The notes under the pieces: model-generated
Seen by the model: the letters and a program-made list of their open reading frames with translations, nothing else
Told to the model about the DNA's origin: nothing
Databases searched by the model: none
Assembly: GCA_951406725.2 (NCBI GenBank)
Contig: OX597826.1
Span: forward strand, 49,042,001-49,106,000
Reading direction: 5' to 3'
DNA: 64,000 nt
Source of the DNA: Octopus vulgaris
Taxonomy: Eukaryota
Position numbers and translations under genes: made by a program
Shown here: one piece after another, positions 38,674 to 52,677 of the stretch
Layout: each line of letters opens with the position of its first letter
Position numbering within the stretch: the stretch's first letter is position 1

Positions 38674-38991
38674 ATGTATAAATGTATGCATGTATGCATA
38701 TGTATACATATGTATACATATGTTTAATGAATGCCAAAGGATGACAAATTGTTTCCTCTCTCATAAATTCAGACAAATTTGCACACGTATACATACACAC
38801 ATACATTCACGCATACTTGCGTACACATAGATATTCATGCATCCTTACATACAAGTGCATAGACATTTACACACACACATATATATATATATATTTACAT
38901 ACATATATTTAACCGTATATACATATACGCTCGTACATTCATATACCCATACAGCCATGCATACATTCATACACACACACACATACACACG

Positions 38992-39055
<64 letters not shown>

Positions 39056-39828
39056 CATATACACACACATACGGTCATAAATATTTACGTATGTGTCTAT
39101 GTGTGTATACACGTGTGCATACCTGCATGCGTACATGTGTTGTATATATTTGTTATATACAAGTATGTCAACACTTTCTCTCTCAGAATGCCAAACTCCA
39201 CATGTCCCTCTGCGATTTCGCTTGCATAAACGTGCATGTGTATTAGTATGTGCATATATATGAATATGAGAGTGCGTGTTTGTGTGTGTGTTGGTAAGGA
39301 ACATTATAGTCTAAAAAAAATGCCATTGTCTTCAGATGATGTCTGCTAGTCAAAGAAATCATCTCTGCACTCCTTCCCTGCTCACTTTCTTATCCCCTAA
39401 CTACTCCTCCAGTGGAATTTCATCAATGGAATGCCAGGCATTTTTCTGCTCTCCCTTTCACTCTCTCTCTCTCTCTCTTCTTTCTTTCTTTATCTAACTC
39501 ACTTTCTTACTCTTTTTCCATCTTGCTTCCTCTCCTTCGTTCTCTCTTTTCCTCTCTTTCTCTTGCTACCTCATTTTCTTTCGTTCTTTTCCTCACTCTT
39601 TCTCTCTGTCTTTCTTTTTCTCTTTTTCTTTCTTTCTCACACTCTCACTTTCTTTCTTTCTCTCTCTCTCTCTCTCCCTCTCTATATCTCTCTTCCTGTC
39701 TTTCTCTCCCTTTCTCTTAGTCTTTTTGTCCCTCTCTCTTTTGTCTCTCTCTCGCTCTCTCTCTCTCTCCTGTCTTTCTCAACGTTTCGCTTTCTGTCTC
39801 ACTATTTATTTGTTTCTTTCTCTCTCTT

Positions 39829-39889
<61 letters not shown>

Positions 39890-40188
39890 AACAAACACAC
39901 ACACACACACACACACACTCACACACATTCAATGGACAAGCTCTTGCGCACGCATACAAGGTTATACGTAACACACGTGTACACAATTACATTGATATAG
40001 GTACATGCTGAGAGATACATTGCGAGACATACATACATTTACATTAACATGTAAATTTATACATACACACCCACATACAAATATCATCACCAACTGCATG
40101 CATGTATATACATACACGGATTCATTTACAAATATGTTTATGTCCATAAACGGAAGAAAACAGTGCTCAATACATAATGAAGTGTTTC

Positions 40189-40267
<79 letters not shown>

Positions 40268-40348
40268 ATTTATGTATGTATGTATATATATATATATACA
40301 CAGTTGTCAATAGAGTAATGCGACTGTCACTGCGTGACATAATGAAGT

Positions 40349-40412
<64 letters not shown>

Positions 40413-40434
40413 GTGAAAAGGAACACACGAGTTG

Positions 40435-40807
40435 ATATATATGAAAAAACAAGTAAAAAATAGAAAATGCTAAAATAATTTTATAGTGAACATTTCAGTA
40501 CCGGTTTCGGTCATTTTGAGACCTTTTCAACTGTAACGATTAAATAATTAAATTTAGAAAAATTAGAAGAAAAGTTTTTTTAAACTACCTCGAACACACA
40601 AGTGCAAACAAGGGAGTCAGAGAAAGGCAGAATGCCACTTAAATCTGAACACTACTATAGAAATATTCTTTTAAAAAAACTTTTCTTCTAATTTTTCTAA
40701 ATTTAATTATTTAATCGTTACAGTTGAAAAGGTCTCAAAATGACCGAAACCGGTACTGAAATGTTCACTATAAAATTATTTTAGCATTTTCTATTTTTTA
40801 CTTGTTT

Positions 40808-40819
<12 letters not shown>
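40435..40819. mobile_element. Fold-back PLE-like element with 150 bp apparently perfect inverted arms
   Basis: Arms 40435-40584 and 40670-40819, 85 bp spacer, (TA)n flanks, one hammerhead motif per arm. Confidence 0.88.
40721..40758 (+). ncRNA. Type I hammerhead-like motif with U3-A8 core (mirror copy 40496-40533, minus)
   Basis: CAG-TTGAAAA-GGTC(tcaaaat)GACC-GAAA-CCGG-T-A-CTG; palindromic ACCGGT stem III. Confidence 0.72.
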
Positions 40820-40877
<58 letters not shown>

Positions 40878-40879
<2 letters not shown>

Positions 40880-41096
40880 GACGCCATGATAGATCGTTAG
40901 CTCCTACACGCATTTTTTTTCTCTCCTTGTTTCTCTCCTTGTTTTTTTCTGTGTATCTTTCTGTCGAAGAGCGTAGGCTCGAAACGTAAAAGACTTTTTC
41001 TATTTCTATTCCTGAGCGCTATACTAATACATCTTTTGTTTATTTTCTTCATCTTTATGCCTTCATCTTTTGTTTATTTTCGTAAACTTTCCCATT
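40878..41096 (+). mobile_element. Short PLE-like element, family E2, with hammerhead-like motif at 40956-40993
   Basis: TCTTT-CTGTCGA-A-GAGC(gtag)GCTC-GAAA-CG-T-A-AAAGA. Related copies at 54170-54350 (-) and 58400-58580 (+). Confidence 0.7.
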
Positions 41097-41154
41097 ATAT
41101 ATATATATATATATATACACAGTTGTCAATTGTGTAACGCAACTGTCACTGCCT

Positions 41155-41192
41155 AAACCTGATGATTGCGTAATGCATGAAAGTACTGGTTT
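41155..41192 (+). ncRNA. Hammerhead-like motif with canonical CUGAUGA core
   Basis: AAAC-CTGATGA-T-TGC(gtaat)GCA-T-GAAA-GTAC-T-G-GTTT; palindromic AGTACT; G at position 17 is predicted non-cleavable. Confidence 0.55.
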
Positions 41193-41365
41193 TATCACAA
41201 TAAATATACAATATTCAAATATTATAATATTGTAAAATTGTAAAAATATGTAAATGATAAAATGTGAAATGTGAAAGTAAGAAAATGTGAAAATGTGAAA
41301 GTAAGACGAGGTTGGAATTTCTTTGGTTAATATATTCTTCTATACACAATCATACAAGTTCGGAG

Positions 41366-41396
<31 letters not shown>

Positions 41397-41505
41397 TGTA
41401 TGTATGTATGTATGTATGTATGTATGTATGTATGTATGTATGTATGTATGTATGTATGTATGTATGTATGTATGTACGTATGTATGTATGTATGAATATA
41501 TGTAC

Positions 41506-41540
<35 letters not shown>

Positions 41541-41934
41541 AAATAAAATAAAATAAAATAAAATAATATATATATATATATATATTAGTCAACAGTCAGA
41601 GAGTTAGCTCAGTTGTTACTCAGAGTTTTATATTGTCACACTCTCTATCGCAAGATCGTGGTTTCGATTCACAGACCGGCTTGCGCATCGAGTTCTTGAG
41701 CAAAACACTTCATTTAACGTTGCTCAGTTCACTCAACTGTAAATGATGAATCCTGCGATGAACTGATGTCTCGTTCAGGGGACAGTGAGTCCTGTGACAC
41801 GCCATCGAAACAGAGTAACTAACTTTATGAATCCTAGGACTCGAAGACTGTCCAGAGGACTTATTTTCTTTGGGTTTTTTTTTTACTTGGTTTACACACG
41901 TGAGAAGTACGTGACTGTGATATTCAAACACTAT

Positions 41935-42473
41935 TGAAGAAGGTGACGGAAGATTTTTATATCCGATCTGTTATTGTAATCTGTAGAGCCGGAATTTTTT
42001 GAAAGCTCGATAATGCCTAGTTGGCATCGATTTTTGTGAGCTCAGTCGGGCGTTTGAATGAAAATTACCATAAAGATGTCATTTTTCCTGCAGCCTTTGC
42101 ATGTTTTGCTCGATTTTGATGAAAATCGATGAGTGGGCGAGGCTCATAGCAGTGAATTGATGTCAGTATATGGCGTTGACAAAAACAATCGATAATTGCG
42201 TTTGAGCAGTGGTTTTATAAAATCAATAGGTTTTTTGCGTGCAAATACCCACTGGGATTTCATTTTTGGCCATAACTTTTGTATTTTTCATCCGATTTTA
42301 ATGAAATTTGAGATTTAGGTAAATTTTGTGGTAGGGGAGACAGTAAAGCTTTTAATTTAATTCCAGACCTGGCACCAACTAAAGGACATGAACTGTAATC
42401 ACGAGTAAAATTTCAACGGTCAGAGGTGGGCTTCAACACGGAAAATACGAGTAACGCCGGGTCCAACAGCTAG
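41935..42473 (+). mobile_element. Non-autonomous Helitron-like element, 3' end
   Basis: Ends cgagtaacgccgggtccaacag-CTAG|T (degenerate subterminal hairpin plus CTAG) with internal cgatttt-atgaaa motifs. 5' boundary uncertain. Confidence 0.55.
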
Positions 42474-43561
42474 TATATAACAGCATTAGTTTTAGTTTAC
42501 ACAATTTCGGAATGGAAGATGGGGTGGGCAAAACTGGAACGCTTTTGAACATTGGTTTACTCGAACATGACTCTCCTCTGCCAAGAGATAACAAGTGCTG
42601 GAACCTCGACGTGGACATTTGATTCGGCAGAAACAAGCCACAGTCTCCCTTCCTTCAAAATGAAACTTGTACATTGTTCTAGATATACAAAAACTTGACG
42701 TGGTCATGGTTGGAACGTCTCGAGTCAAGGGTTCTGTTCCTTCCGAACTGACAACAAAACAGCAATACAAGATTCAAGGAAAACGTGACATTGACGCATT
42801 CGTGTGTACTTGTTCATGATTGTACATGTGTTTATGAGGATGATTTCTGCGCATGTTTGTACGCGATGTCAGAGTATATATGTGAATATGCGTGTGTATG
42901 TGTGTATGTATGATTGTATATGCGTATTTATGTGTATCATTTGCGCGTGTTGGCACGAGATATTAGTGTTTATACGTGTATTTGTGTGTATGTGTGTGTT
43001 TGTGAGAGACAGACAGAGACTATCTCTGTGTATGTGTGTATGTGTGTGTGTGTGCGTGCGTAGGAGTAAATATGTGCATTTTATCATACTTATAGTCCAT
43101 TTAAGCATAGACTATATCCCACGTTTATTTTCAAACTGTCATAATGCTCATTACTGAAGGGGAGAGAGAGGGGAGAGAGACAGATAGACAGACAAGCAGA
43201 CAGACAGACAGGCTGTGGAAGGTATGAAAGTTCTGTTCAGTGAACCACAATTTATTCAGTTCACCTAACTTCCTTAATATCTACTAGTGAAAGACAGACA
43301 GAGAGACAATCGGCGAGAGAGAGGGAGAAAGGTGGGATAGAAAGGCCCTAGTCGACGAACCATAACTAAATCCCACTCAACTATCTTGTTTAGGTTTAAA
43401 GACACTACAGGCTTGATTGAAAAGGATTTAGCTCTTACACTGAGTAGGTCAAGTAACTTTTTAGGAGCTTAGGAACTTATCACTTTCATTGTATCGCTCG
43501 CTTCATTTATCTATCTATCTAGCTAGCTATCTGTTATGTTCTATCCGTCCGACTTTGTCTC

Positions 43562-43603
43562 TTTACATATTCATCACCCTCCCTCGTTTATCTCCCGCTT
43601 CCC

Positions 43604-43642
<39 letters not shown>

Positions 43643-44130
43643 AATATGTATATAACACGCACACTACGTACATACAAAATATGCGCGCATGCGTGCGTTT
43701 TATATATTCATCACCCTCCCTCGTTTATCTCCCGCTTCCCCCTCTCTCTCTCTCTCTATCTCAATATATATATATATATAACACGCACACATTAGAGCAA
43801 CATCATTAATTATATCATAAATATGTTTTAACTAGTGAAACCGGTAGAATACGTAAACATCACATATTACGTCTAAAATATACGTACATACAAAATATGC
43901 GCGCATGCGTGCGTTTTACATATTCATCACCCTCCCTCGTTTATCTCCCGCTTCCCCCTCTCTCTCTCTCTCTCTCTCAATATATATATATATAACACGC
44001 ACACATTAGAGCAACATCATTAATTATATCATAAATATGTTTTAACTAGTGAAACCGGTAGAATACGTAAACATCACATATTACGTCTAAAATATACGTA
44101 CATACAAAATATGCGCGCGTGCGTGCGTTT
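43562..44130. repeat. About 215 bp tandem repeat, roughly 2.5 units
   Basis: tacgtacatacaaaatatgcgcgc recurs at 43665, 43881 and 44095. Confidence 0.9.
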
Positions 44131-44674
44131 GTGCGCTTCCAAGCCACTTTTCATGCCTATTTCAAATTAGACCATATTCTTTGACATTATGTCTTAACTG
44201 TACAATTCTTCAACTAGTTAGAAGACACTTCTTTTCCCAGTCATAACACACACACATACTAACACACAAAACAACTTGCTAAATCAGTTAACACAGCCAT
44301 AATACTTACCAATCCCATTACCGATTCTTTAAAGGAAATAAGTATTGAGACAAAAAGACCTTGTTATCATTCGGAAATATTCCACTTTTAAATAAAAACT
44401 AGAAACGAAAACATAAAATTGAAAAAAAAAAGAACTAGATCAACATATCAATTAAATATGTATTCTTCTGTTTGAAATATTTCTATAATCGTTTTTTTTG
44501 TGTGTGTGTGTGCATGTGTGTGTATGTGTGTGTGTGCGCTTATTTGCGTATGTGTGCGTGCTTGATCGCTTACGTGTCACTGTACATGATTACGTATATG
44601 TGTACCTGAACGGGAGTTTTGGAGCGGAGTATACGCGTTAGGTGGCGGATACACAAAACTGTTTAAGTTAATAT

Positions 44675-44712
<38 letters not shown>

Positions 44713-44826
44713 GTGTTGTATTATATATACATATATATATGTCTGTATGCAAGTACATATGTGCATACATATATATTATATTTACATACATACATTTATA
44801 CATACGTACATACATACATACTAACA

Positions 44827-44862
<36 letters not shown>

Positions 44863-44951
44863 TACATACGTACATTTGATTTGGTTGCGAACAGCAGGAA
44901 AGAGATAAATTATGGCAAAAAAAGTCGTGGATAACAATAATGATAACAATA

Positions 44952-44991
<40 letters not shown>

Positions 44992-45449
44992 GGAGGAGGA
45001 GGAGGAGGAGGAGGAGGAGGAGGAGGAGGACGACGACCACGACGACCACGACGCCGATGATGATGATGGATGGAAGAATTAAGGCAGATCAGATTGATGG
45101 CAGTGATGGTGACGACGGTGGGGGGTGATGGCGGGGGGTCTGGTGGGATGATGGTGGAGCTGGTGAGGGTGAACAACAAAAGCACAAACAAGGAAACAAA
45201 GCTAAAAAACAACAAACAGACAGCTACAAGGAGAAAATGCGAAACAAAAGAAGTAATCGAAGACTCTAGATGAAAGAAGTACCATTAGTCGATGATTATG
45301 GAACATTGGTTGACCAAAAGAATAGAATTACAGAAACTAAACAATTAAAAGAAAAAACCCAGCTTTCTGCGTTTCTATAAAGAAAACTTTGGTTGATCTG
45401 CTGTTCTTTAAAAGCCTCGCTGGATCAACTTATTCCACACACACACACA

Positions 45450-45521
<72 letters not shown>

Positions 45522-45689
45522 TACATATACATATATACATATACATATATACATATAAATATATACATATACATATTCATACATATTCATATATATATAT
45601 ATATATATACATATATAAATACATATACATACATATTTATACATATATAAATACATATACATACATATTTATACATGTATATACATTTG

Positions 45690-45766
<77 letters not shown>

Positions 45767-46868
45767 TACTACGTACATATATAGGTAGACACACATTTAT
45801 GTTATTGGCGTAACGAGGACAAATCAGATTTATTTGTCATTGTTAGAAGAATTGAATAAATTTCTTAAAAGTTTTAATAACTAAACGAGGAAAGATTTGC
45901 GGTTTTTCGAGATATTTTTTTTTTAATCTCCATATCATATTTGCGCTTGTTTGTCTGTTGCACGTATATATGTGTTTGAGTGTGTATGTATCTCTCTGTG
46001 GTTAGAGATGTATATGTGTATATGTGTATGTGCGTTCGTGACTCTGTGTGTGTGTATGTGTCTGTGTGAGTATATGTGTGTGTATGTGTTTGAATATGTG
46101 TGTGTCTATCTACCTGTATGTATGTATTTTTGACTGTGAATATAATGTGGTTATACATATATGTGTGTGTGTCTGTATGTGTTTTTACTTGCTTGTACTG
46201 TATGGGCATATATATATATATATATATATATTTATGCATATGTGTATCTTTGTGTGTTTATGTGTGTGCATGTGTGTGTGTGTGTGTGTGTGTTTGTGTG
46301 TGCATGTCATTGTTTGTACACAATATATTTTCTCCATTATTGATCATTCATAGATAATTTCTAAAGTACAAAACGACACCAGATCAATAAAAAAAGAAGA
46401 ATAGATACTGTTCTTTTATTTTTACTATTTTTTCCTCTTTATTATCTTATTATGCCTTATTGTCTATGAATTAGCCAGCTAGTTAGAACGTCGGACACAA
46501 CCTTCCGTGATTTGAGTTCAATTTCTGCTGGGATCTTTTTGCTGCTTTTTGATTTTTTCTTTTTCTTTTTTGTATTTTCCCCTATCGTTGGTTGAATGAT
46601 TAAGAAGCTCATTATCTTGCAACCGTGTAGTTTCGGGTTCAGTCCCACTGCACAGCACCTTTTGTGGGTGTAGACATAAGCTCACCCCCTTCAATCAGAT
46701 CGACATTACCTGTACAGATGCAACGGGTGTCACATGGCAGATGTCGAAATGATCGTAGAGCAACGTGAAATGAACACAACGCGACGCCCGGTCTGAGAAT
46801 CGAACCCACGGTCACGCAATCGTGAGTGCAACACCTTAACCACTAAGCCGTGCGCCTTCACAGACACA

Positions 46869-46929
<61 letters not shown>

Positions 46930-47130
46930 TTAATCCAAACAAGAAAGCACAAAAAAAACAACAACGCGAGGACGTGGAACAAATAAAGTATTATTGGACG
47001 CTCAGGAAAGAAGGGAAGAAGGAGGATTTAACGTTTCGAGCGGAGCTCTTCGTCGGAAACATAGGAGAAGGAAAGATCCCGAGAAGGGAAGACAGAGGAA
47101 AAAAAATCGCCAGCAGTACTCACGAGGTCG

Positions 47131-47211
<81 letters not shown>

Positions 47212-47276
47212 GGAAAATGAGTTAATGAGAGAGTTAATGAGTGAGTGAGAAATACATAAAAAAATAAATGTTCCAA

Positions 47277-47506
47277 TCTAGGCTCATAAGGGCCGGTTTC
47301 CCGGTTTCAATGTCGTAGAAATTCCCCACCTGGATGGGACGCCGGTCCATCGCAGGATTACTCATTTTTGCCAGCTGGGTGGACTGGAGCAACGTGAAAA
47401 TGAATTGTTTTGCTCAAGAACACAACACATCGCCCGGTCCGAGAATCGAAACCACAACTTTACGATCATGAGTTCAACGCCCCTATCCACTAAGCCACGC
47501 GCCTCC
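47277..47506 (-). mobile_element. tRNA-derived SINE, family C
   Basis: Reverse reads ggaggcgcgtggcttagtgg...gtttcgattc...gttcttgagcaaaac...cctgcgatggaccggcgtccc...gaaaccgggaaaccggcccttatgagcc. Other copies near 26150, 31090, 41630, 46760 and 56750. Confidence 0.85.
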
Positions 47507-47720
47507 ACGAGGAAATACGAAGAGATATAAAATACGATAAAGAAGAAGAAAAGAATTGAGAGATGAATTGGTTGGAGGGATTCACAGATTTGAAGAACCA
47601 TTTGCAGAAGTAGATTATTGTGAAATACGGAACGAGTGGGGAGAAGGGGGGGGTGAGAAGGGATAAAAAGAATAAGATAAATCATGAGAAGAATATATAT
47701 ATATGTGTGCGTGTGTGTGT

Positions 47721-47758
<38 letters not shown>

Positions 47759-47853
47759 ATATATGTATGTATGTATGTGTGTGTATGTATATATGCATTT
47801 ATATATGTATGTATGTATATGTATGTATGTATTTATGTATGTATGTATGTATG

Positions 47854-47887
<34 letters not shown>

Positions 47888-48178
47888 TGTATGTATGTAT
47901 GTATGTATGTATGTATGTATGTATGTATGTGTATGTATGCATGTATGTATGTATGCATGTATGTATGTATGTGAGGGTGTATGTGTATGCGCATAAATGT
48001 ACAAGTATATAAAAGCGTGTGTGTGTGTGTGAGTGTGTACGTACGTTTCGATGTATGTATCTACCTATATATATGTGTGTGTGTAGGTGTGTGAATTTAT
48101 GTGCGTATTTTTATGAATGTATTTATATAAATATACAAATTCATTTATATATGAGTGAGCGTGTGTGTGTGTACGTAC

Positions 48179-48211
<33 letters not shown>

Positions 48212-48362
48212 CATACACTCACAAATACATATACACGTATAGGTATATACATACATATACATACGTATATCCATATATATAAAGGCGGTGCTCCAGCATG
48301 GCCGCAGTCAAATGACTGAAACAAGTAAAAGAATAAAAGAATATATATTTATATATATATAA

Positions 48363-48411
<49 letters not shown>

Positions 48412-48550
48412 CATATATATATGTATATATACATATACATATATATATGCATACATACATATATATATATATACATACATTTATGTATATGTATATGTAT
48501 ATATATATATATACAAACATATACATATACCGAAAGCAGTAGGGAAGTGA

Positions 48551-48594
<44 letters not shown>

Positions 48595-50024
48595 GCGTTC
48601 GTATGTGAGATGGCATATATGTGTATGTGGATGTATGTGAGAAAGAAAGAATGAGTTATTGTCTTGACATAATTACATCTCTTCAGAAGCCGACCCACCC
48701 AAACCAAGTCCTAATCCTACACACACCAGCCCTAACCCTAACTCTAACCCAGCCCAGCCCATACCGAACCCAGATTAGCCCAACCCCCACCACCCTCCAC
48801 CCCACCTCATTCCAACCCGACCCAGCCCAGCCCCAAATATTTCCCTTCCTGGTATTATATTCCGCTAATTGTTTGTGAAGACAAGAGGGTGTGTGAACGT
48901 GAGCGAAGAGTAAGAAATATGGGTGTGGGGTAGCGTAAATGAAGAAAAATCACTGCCCGCAGGAAATCACATAGGGGTGGATAGAGAAGGGAGTTTTGGG
49001 GGTGATTTACACTTCCTTGTTCTTGGTTATTGTCTTTTGTACTGTTTGTCGTTGTTGTTGTTGTTGTTGCTGTTACTGCTGCTGCTGTTTGGGAATTCTT
49101 ATCTTTCTTATTCTTCGCTGACGTTTTATGCCGTTGTTGTTTAGTACCCTTGAGGCAAATAAAGAAGAAAAAAATCTGTGGAAAAACAAAACAAAAAAAA
49201 AACAAAGAGTAAAGAAATAAAGACAGAAACCGGAAGAAACTGTGGAATAAATGTCTTCAACTATTAAGATTCGTCACTTAACTTTTTACTTTCTGGAAAT
49301 GGTAGAATCGGTAGCGCACTCGAACAAAATGAATTGTGATATTTTTATTACATACTATATCATCTCTTTACAACCTCAGTTCAGATTCTATCGGGATTAA
49401 CTCTGCCTTTTTTTATCCCACTCCTATCTATGGTCCATAACATAATGTGTCAGTGTGCACGCGTGAGTGTGGAACTAATTCTATATTCAGAAATTTGGTC
49501 AGTGCCTGCCATCCGTCTTCGTTGTAATCGCTGTTGAAGTGAAGGACAGGAAGTCTTGTGTTTTCATTTGAAGAATTTCGTGTCCGTATTCTTGGCTGGG
49601 AATTTCGAAAAGAAAAAGAGACAAGGAACTGCAATGGACTTTCCTCTTTTATTTTTACTTCTTCCAGTTATCAGAATGCAGCCATGCTGGGGCAACATGT
49701 TGAACAAATTTAGACCAGCTCTTATTTTTAAGTTTAATACTTATTCTATTGGTTCTTTTGCCGAACCGCTAAGTTATGGGGACGTAAACAAACCACTGGT
49801 TGTCAAGCTGTGCTGGAGGGTGGGACACACACACACATGAAAGTATCAAAAAACTCATACATCTTCAACCAGCCTTCACAAATGTACGCACTGACATACA
49901 TAACTAAATATAGTCGCGCTCACATATACACACACATACACATATAAATACCCAGCATGGCCGCAGTTAAATGACTGAAACAAATAAAAGAATAAGAGAA
50001 TGAAAGAATATACATTATATATAC

Positions 50025-50074
<50 letters not shown>

Positions 50075-50077
<3 letters not shown>

Positions 50078-50435
50078 ATAAATTTTTTTGCGTAATGAGA
50101 TAAAAAAACCAAGGCTGTGTAGATTTTAGAACATTTATAGATAGAAGGTCTTACAGCTGTTTCCAGGATATTTATTATATCCCTTCATCGGAGACGGTGT
50201 GAGAGGATGGTTAAGAAATAGTTAATTTAGATAAAATACAAAATAGAGGTGAGTCGGAGGAAAGAAAATAGATGTGAGATATGTAGTGATATTGAATTTG
50301 TAGATCCATTTTTTAGGCACAATGGTATACATGTAAGATTCCAATGCCTTATGAGAAAAATCCAACAGTATTTAAAATTGGTCATCACAAGTATAGAGTT
50401 TATACACAGTGTTATTGAATCAAATGCTTTTATTT
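50075..50435 (-). mobile_element. PLE-like 3' fragment with hammerhead-like motif at 50148-50195
   Basis: Homologous over about 350 bp to 61645-61990 (+). Confidence 0.7.
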
Positions 50436-50660
50436 AAAGTGATATATATAATATGTGACCTCGTGAGTACCACCGGCGATTTTTTTTCCTCTGTCTTCCC
50501 TTCTCGGGATCTTTCCTTCTCCTATGTTTCCGACGAAGAGCTCCGCTCGAAATGTTAAACCCTTCTTCTTCCCTTCTTTCCTGAGCGTCCAATAATACTT
50601 TATTTGTTCCACGTCCTTGCGTTGTTGTGTTTTTTTGTTTTTTTGTTTTCTTGTTTAGAC

Positions 50661-50700
<40 letters not shown>

Positions 50701-50976
50701 TTTTGGCGATGAGGATTCTGTTGTCCGGTTAACTGAATCAATGCGTAAGTGGTTGAATTCTTCGCTAACACGTGTACCCTTAATGTAATTCTTTGCCAGC
50801 ATCAGCATGGTATAGGTAATATATATTTCTGGGTTTCCAGCTGATAGACAAAAGATAACACGATCACAGCTGGAACAGTCTTGATTATGGGTTTGGCCGA
50901 TTGTAATTGACCTGGGGTTAAACAGCAGCAAGATACGGATTCATACATACATACATACATATATACATACATACAT

Positions 50977-51013
<37 letters not shown>

Positions 51014-51921
51014 TACGCACGCATTTACATACATACAGATACATATAGACAGATACACACACACACACGTGCATGCTTGCACACTCGCCAGAACGCGTTC
51101 GTTCCACATCTGGTACATGTTATGTGGTTTCATCTATTATTTTCATCTATTATTAACCGACAATGAAAGAGAGGAAGGGTTTTGCGTGGGTGGTGGGGGG
51201 GGTTGGAAGGAAACAGGGGAGTAGATTTAGGGGCAACCACCTACCCTTGGCACCTTACCACTGCCAACACCCGGCAGTATCATCATCTTCAAAACCACCA
51301 CCCCACCACCACCACCACCACCACCAAGAACCACCAACACCACCACCCCACCACCACCGCCGCCGCCACCACCACCACCACCACAACCACCACCACCACC
51401 ACCACCACCACCACCGCCACCACCACCACTATCACTACCATTATCGCCAACTGCACCTCCACCAAAAACACGAAGAACACCGACACACCACCCCACGCCC
51501 ACATCACCACAGCCAAGACACCCACCCCCACAACCAACACCACCATTATCGCCAACATCACCAACAACATACCATGTCCTTGGTGGTACTTGTGATGGAG
51601 GTGATGGTGGTGGTTTCGGTGGTGGTGGTGGTGCTGGTGGTCGTGGCGGTGCTAGTGGTGTTGGCGCTGCTGTTGGGGGTGCTGGCGGCGGCAGTGGGTG
51701 TTATGGTGAGCTGTGCGTAAAATACGGTAAGGGTGGGGCCGTTTGATGGGGGGGGGGGTGTGACGTTATTTAGTGTTGCAAAAAAAGATGCTGCACCGAG
51801 TCAACTTTTTGGGAGCAAAACTAAGAAAAGTTACCACAACCACCACCACCACCACTACTACTACTACTACTACCAACACCAACACCACAACAACCACCAC
51901 CTCTCCTGCCGCTAGCACTAA

Positions 51922-51976
<55 letters not shown>

Positions 51977-51977
51977 G

Positions 51978-52015
<38 letters not shown>

Positions 52016-52303
52016 GCTACTACTGCTACTACTACTACTGCTACTACTGCTACTACTACTACTACTGCTACTACTACTACTACTACGACTACTACTACTA
52101 CTACTACTAGCACCACTATCAACACCACCCCGCCATTCCTGACCGCCACGACTGTAACAAACAGAGCCAGCTGAGTCCCTTATTATCTCATCTTATTCCT
52201 CCATCCACCACCCATCATCATCATCATCATTGGAATCCTTGCACATGAATATGGGCTTGAGTGAGGATACACCCCTCACACAAACACATCATATATTTGT
52301 ATA

Positions 52304-52338
<35 letters not shown>

Positions 52339-52340
<2 letters not shown>

Positions 52341-52639
52341 AGGTACATGGCCTAGTGGTTAGAACAGTGGACTGGCGGTCGATGGATGGCGGGTTCGAAT
52401 CTCAGAGCGGGCGATGTGTGTGTTTATGAGCGGAACAACCTAAAGCCGCCACCCGGCTCCGGCAGAAGGTAATGGCGAAACTTCTGCTGACTCTTTCGCC
52501 ATAACTTTCTCTCACTCTTTCCTCCTGCATCTTGCAGCTCACCTGCGACGGACCGGCATCCCATCCACGTGGGAAACCTATACGCCAAAGAAACCGGGAA
52601 ACCGGCCCTTATGAGCCAGGCATGGCTCGAGAAGGAACA

Positions 52640-52643
<4 letters not shown>
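52339..52643 (+). mobile_element. tRNA-derived SINE, full length (probably OR-type octopus SINE)
   Basis: TGGCCTAGTGG and GGTTCGAATC boxes; 3' half shared with family C. Family name is from memory and not verified. Confidence 0.8.

Positions 52644-52677
<34 letters not shown>

Noticed and set aside
48284-48322. SINE A tail hairpin plus GAAAC as a hammerhead
   Set aside because: No CUGANGA-like core before the hairpin and no UH with stem I after it; better explained as a LINE-type 3' recognition stem-loop.
51163-52174. Mucin-like poly-Thr/His ORFs
   Set aside because: (ACC)n and (ACT)n microsatellites with uniform codons; no splice or domain evidence.
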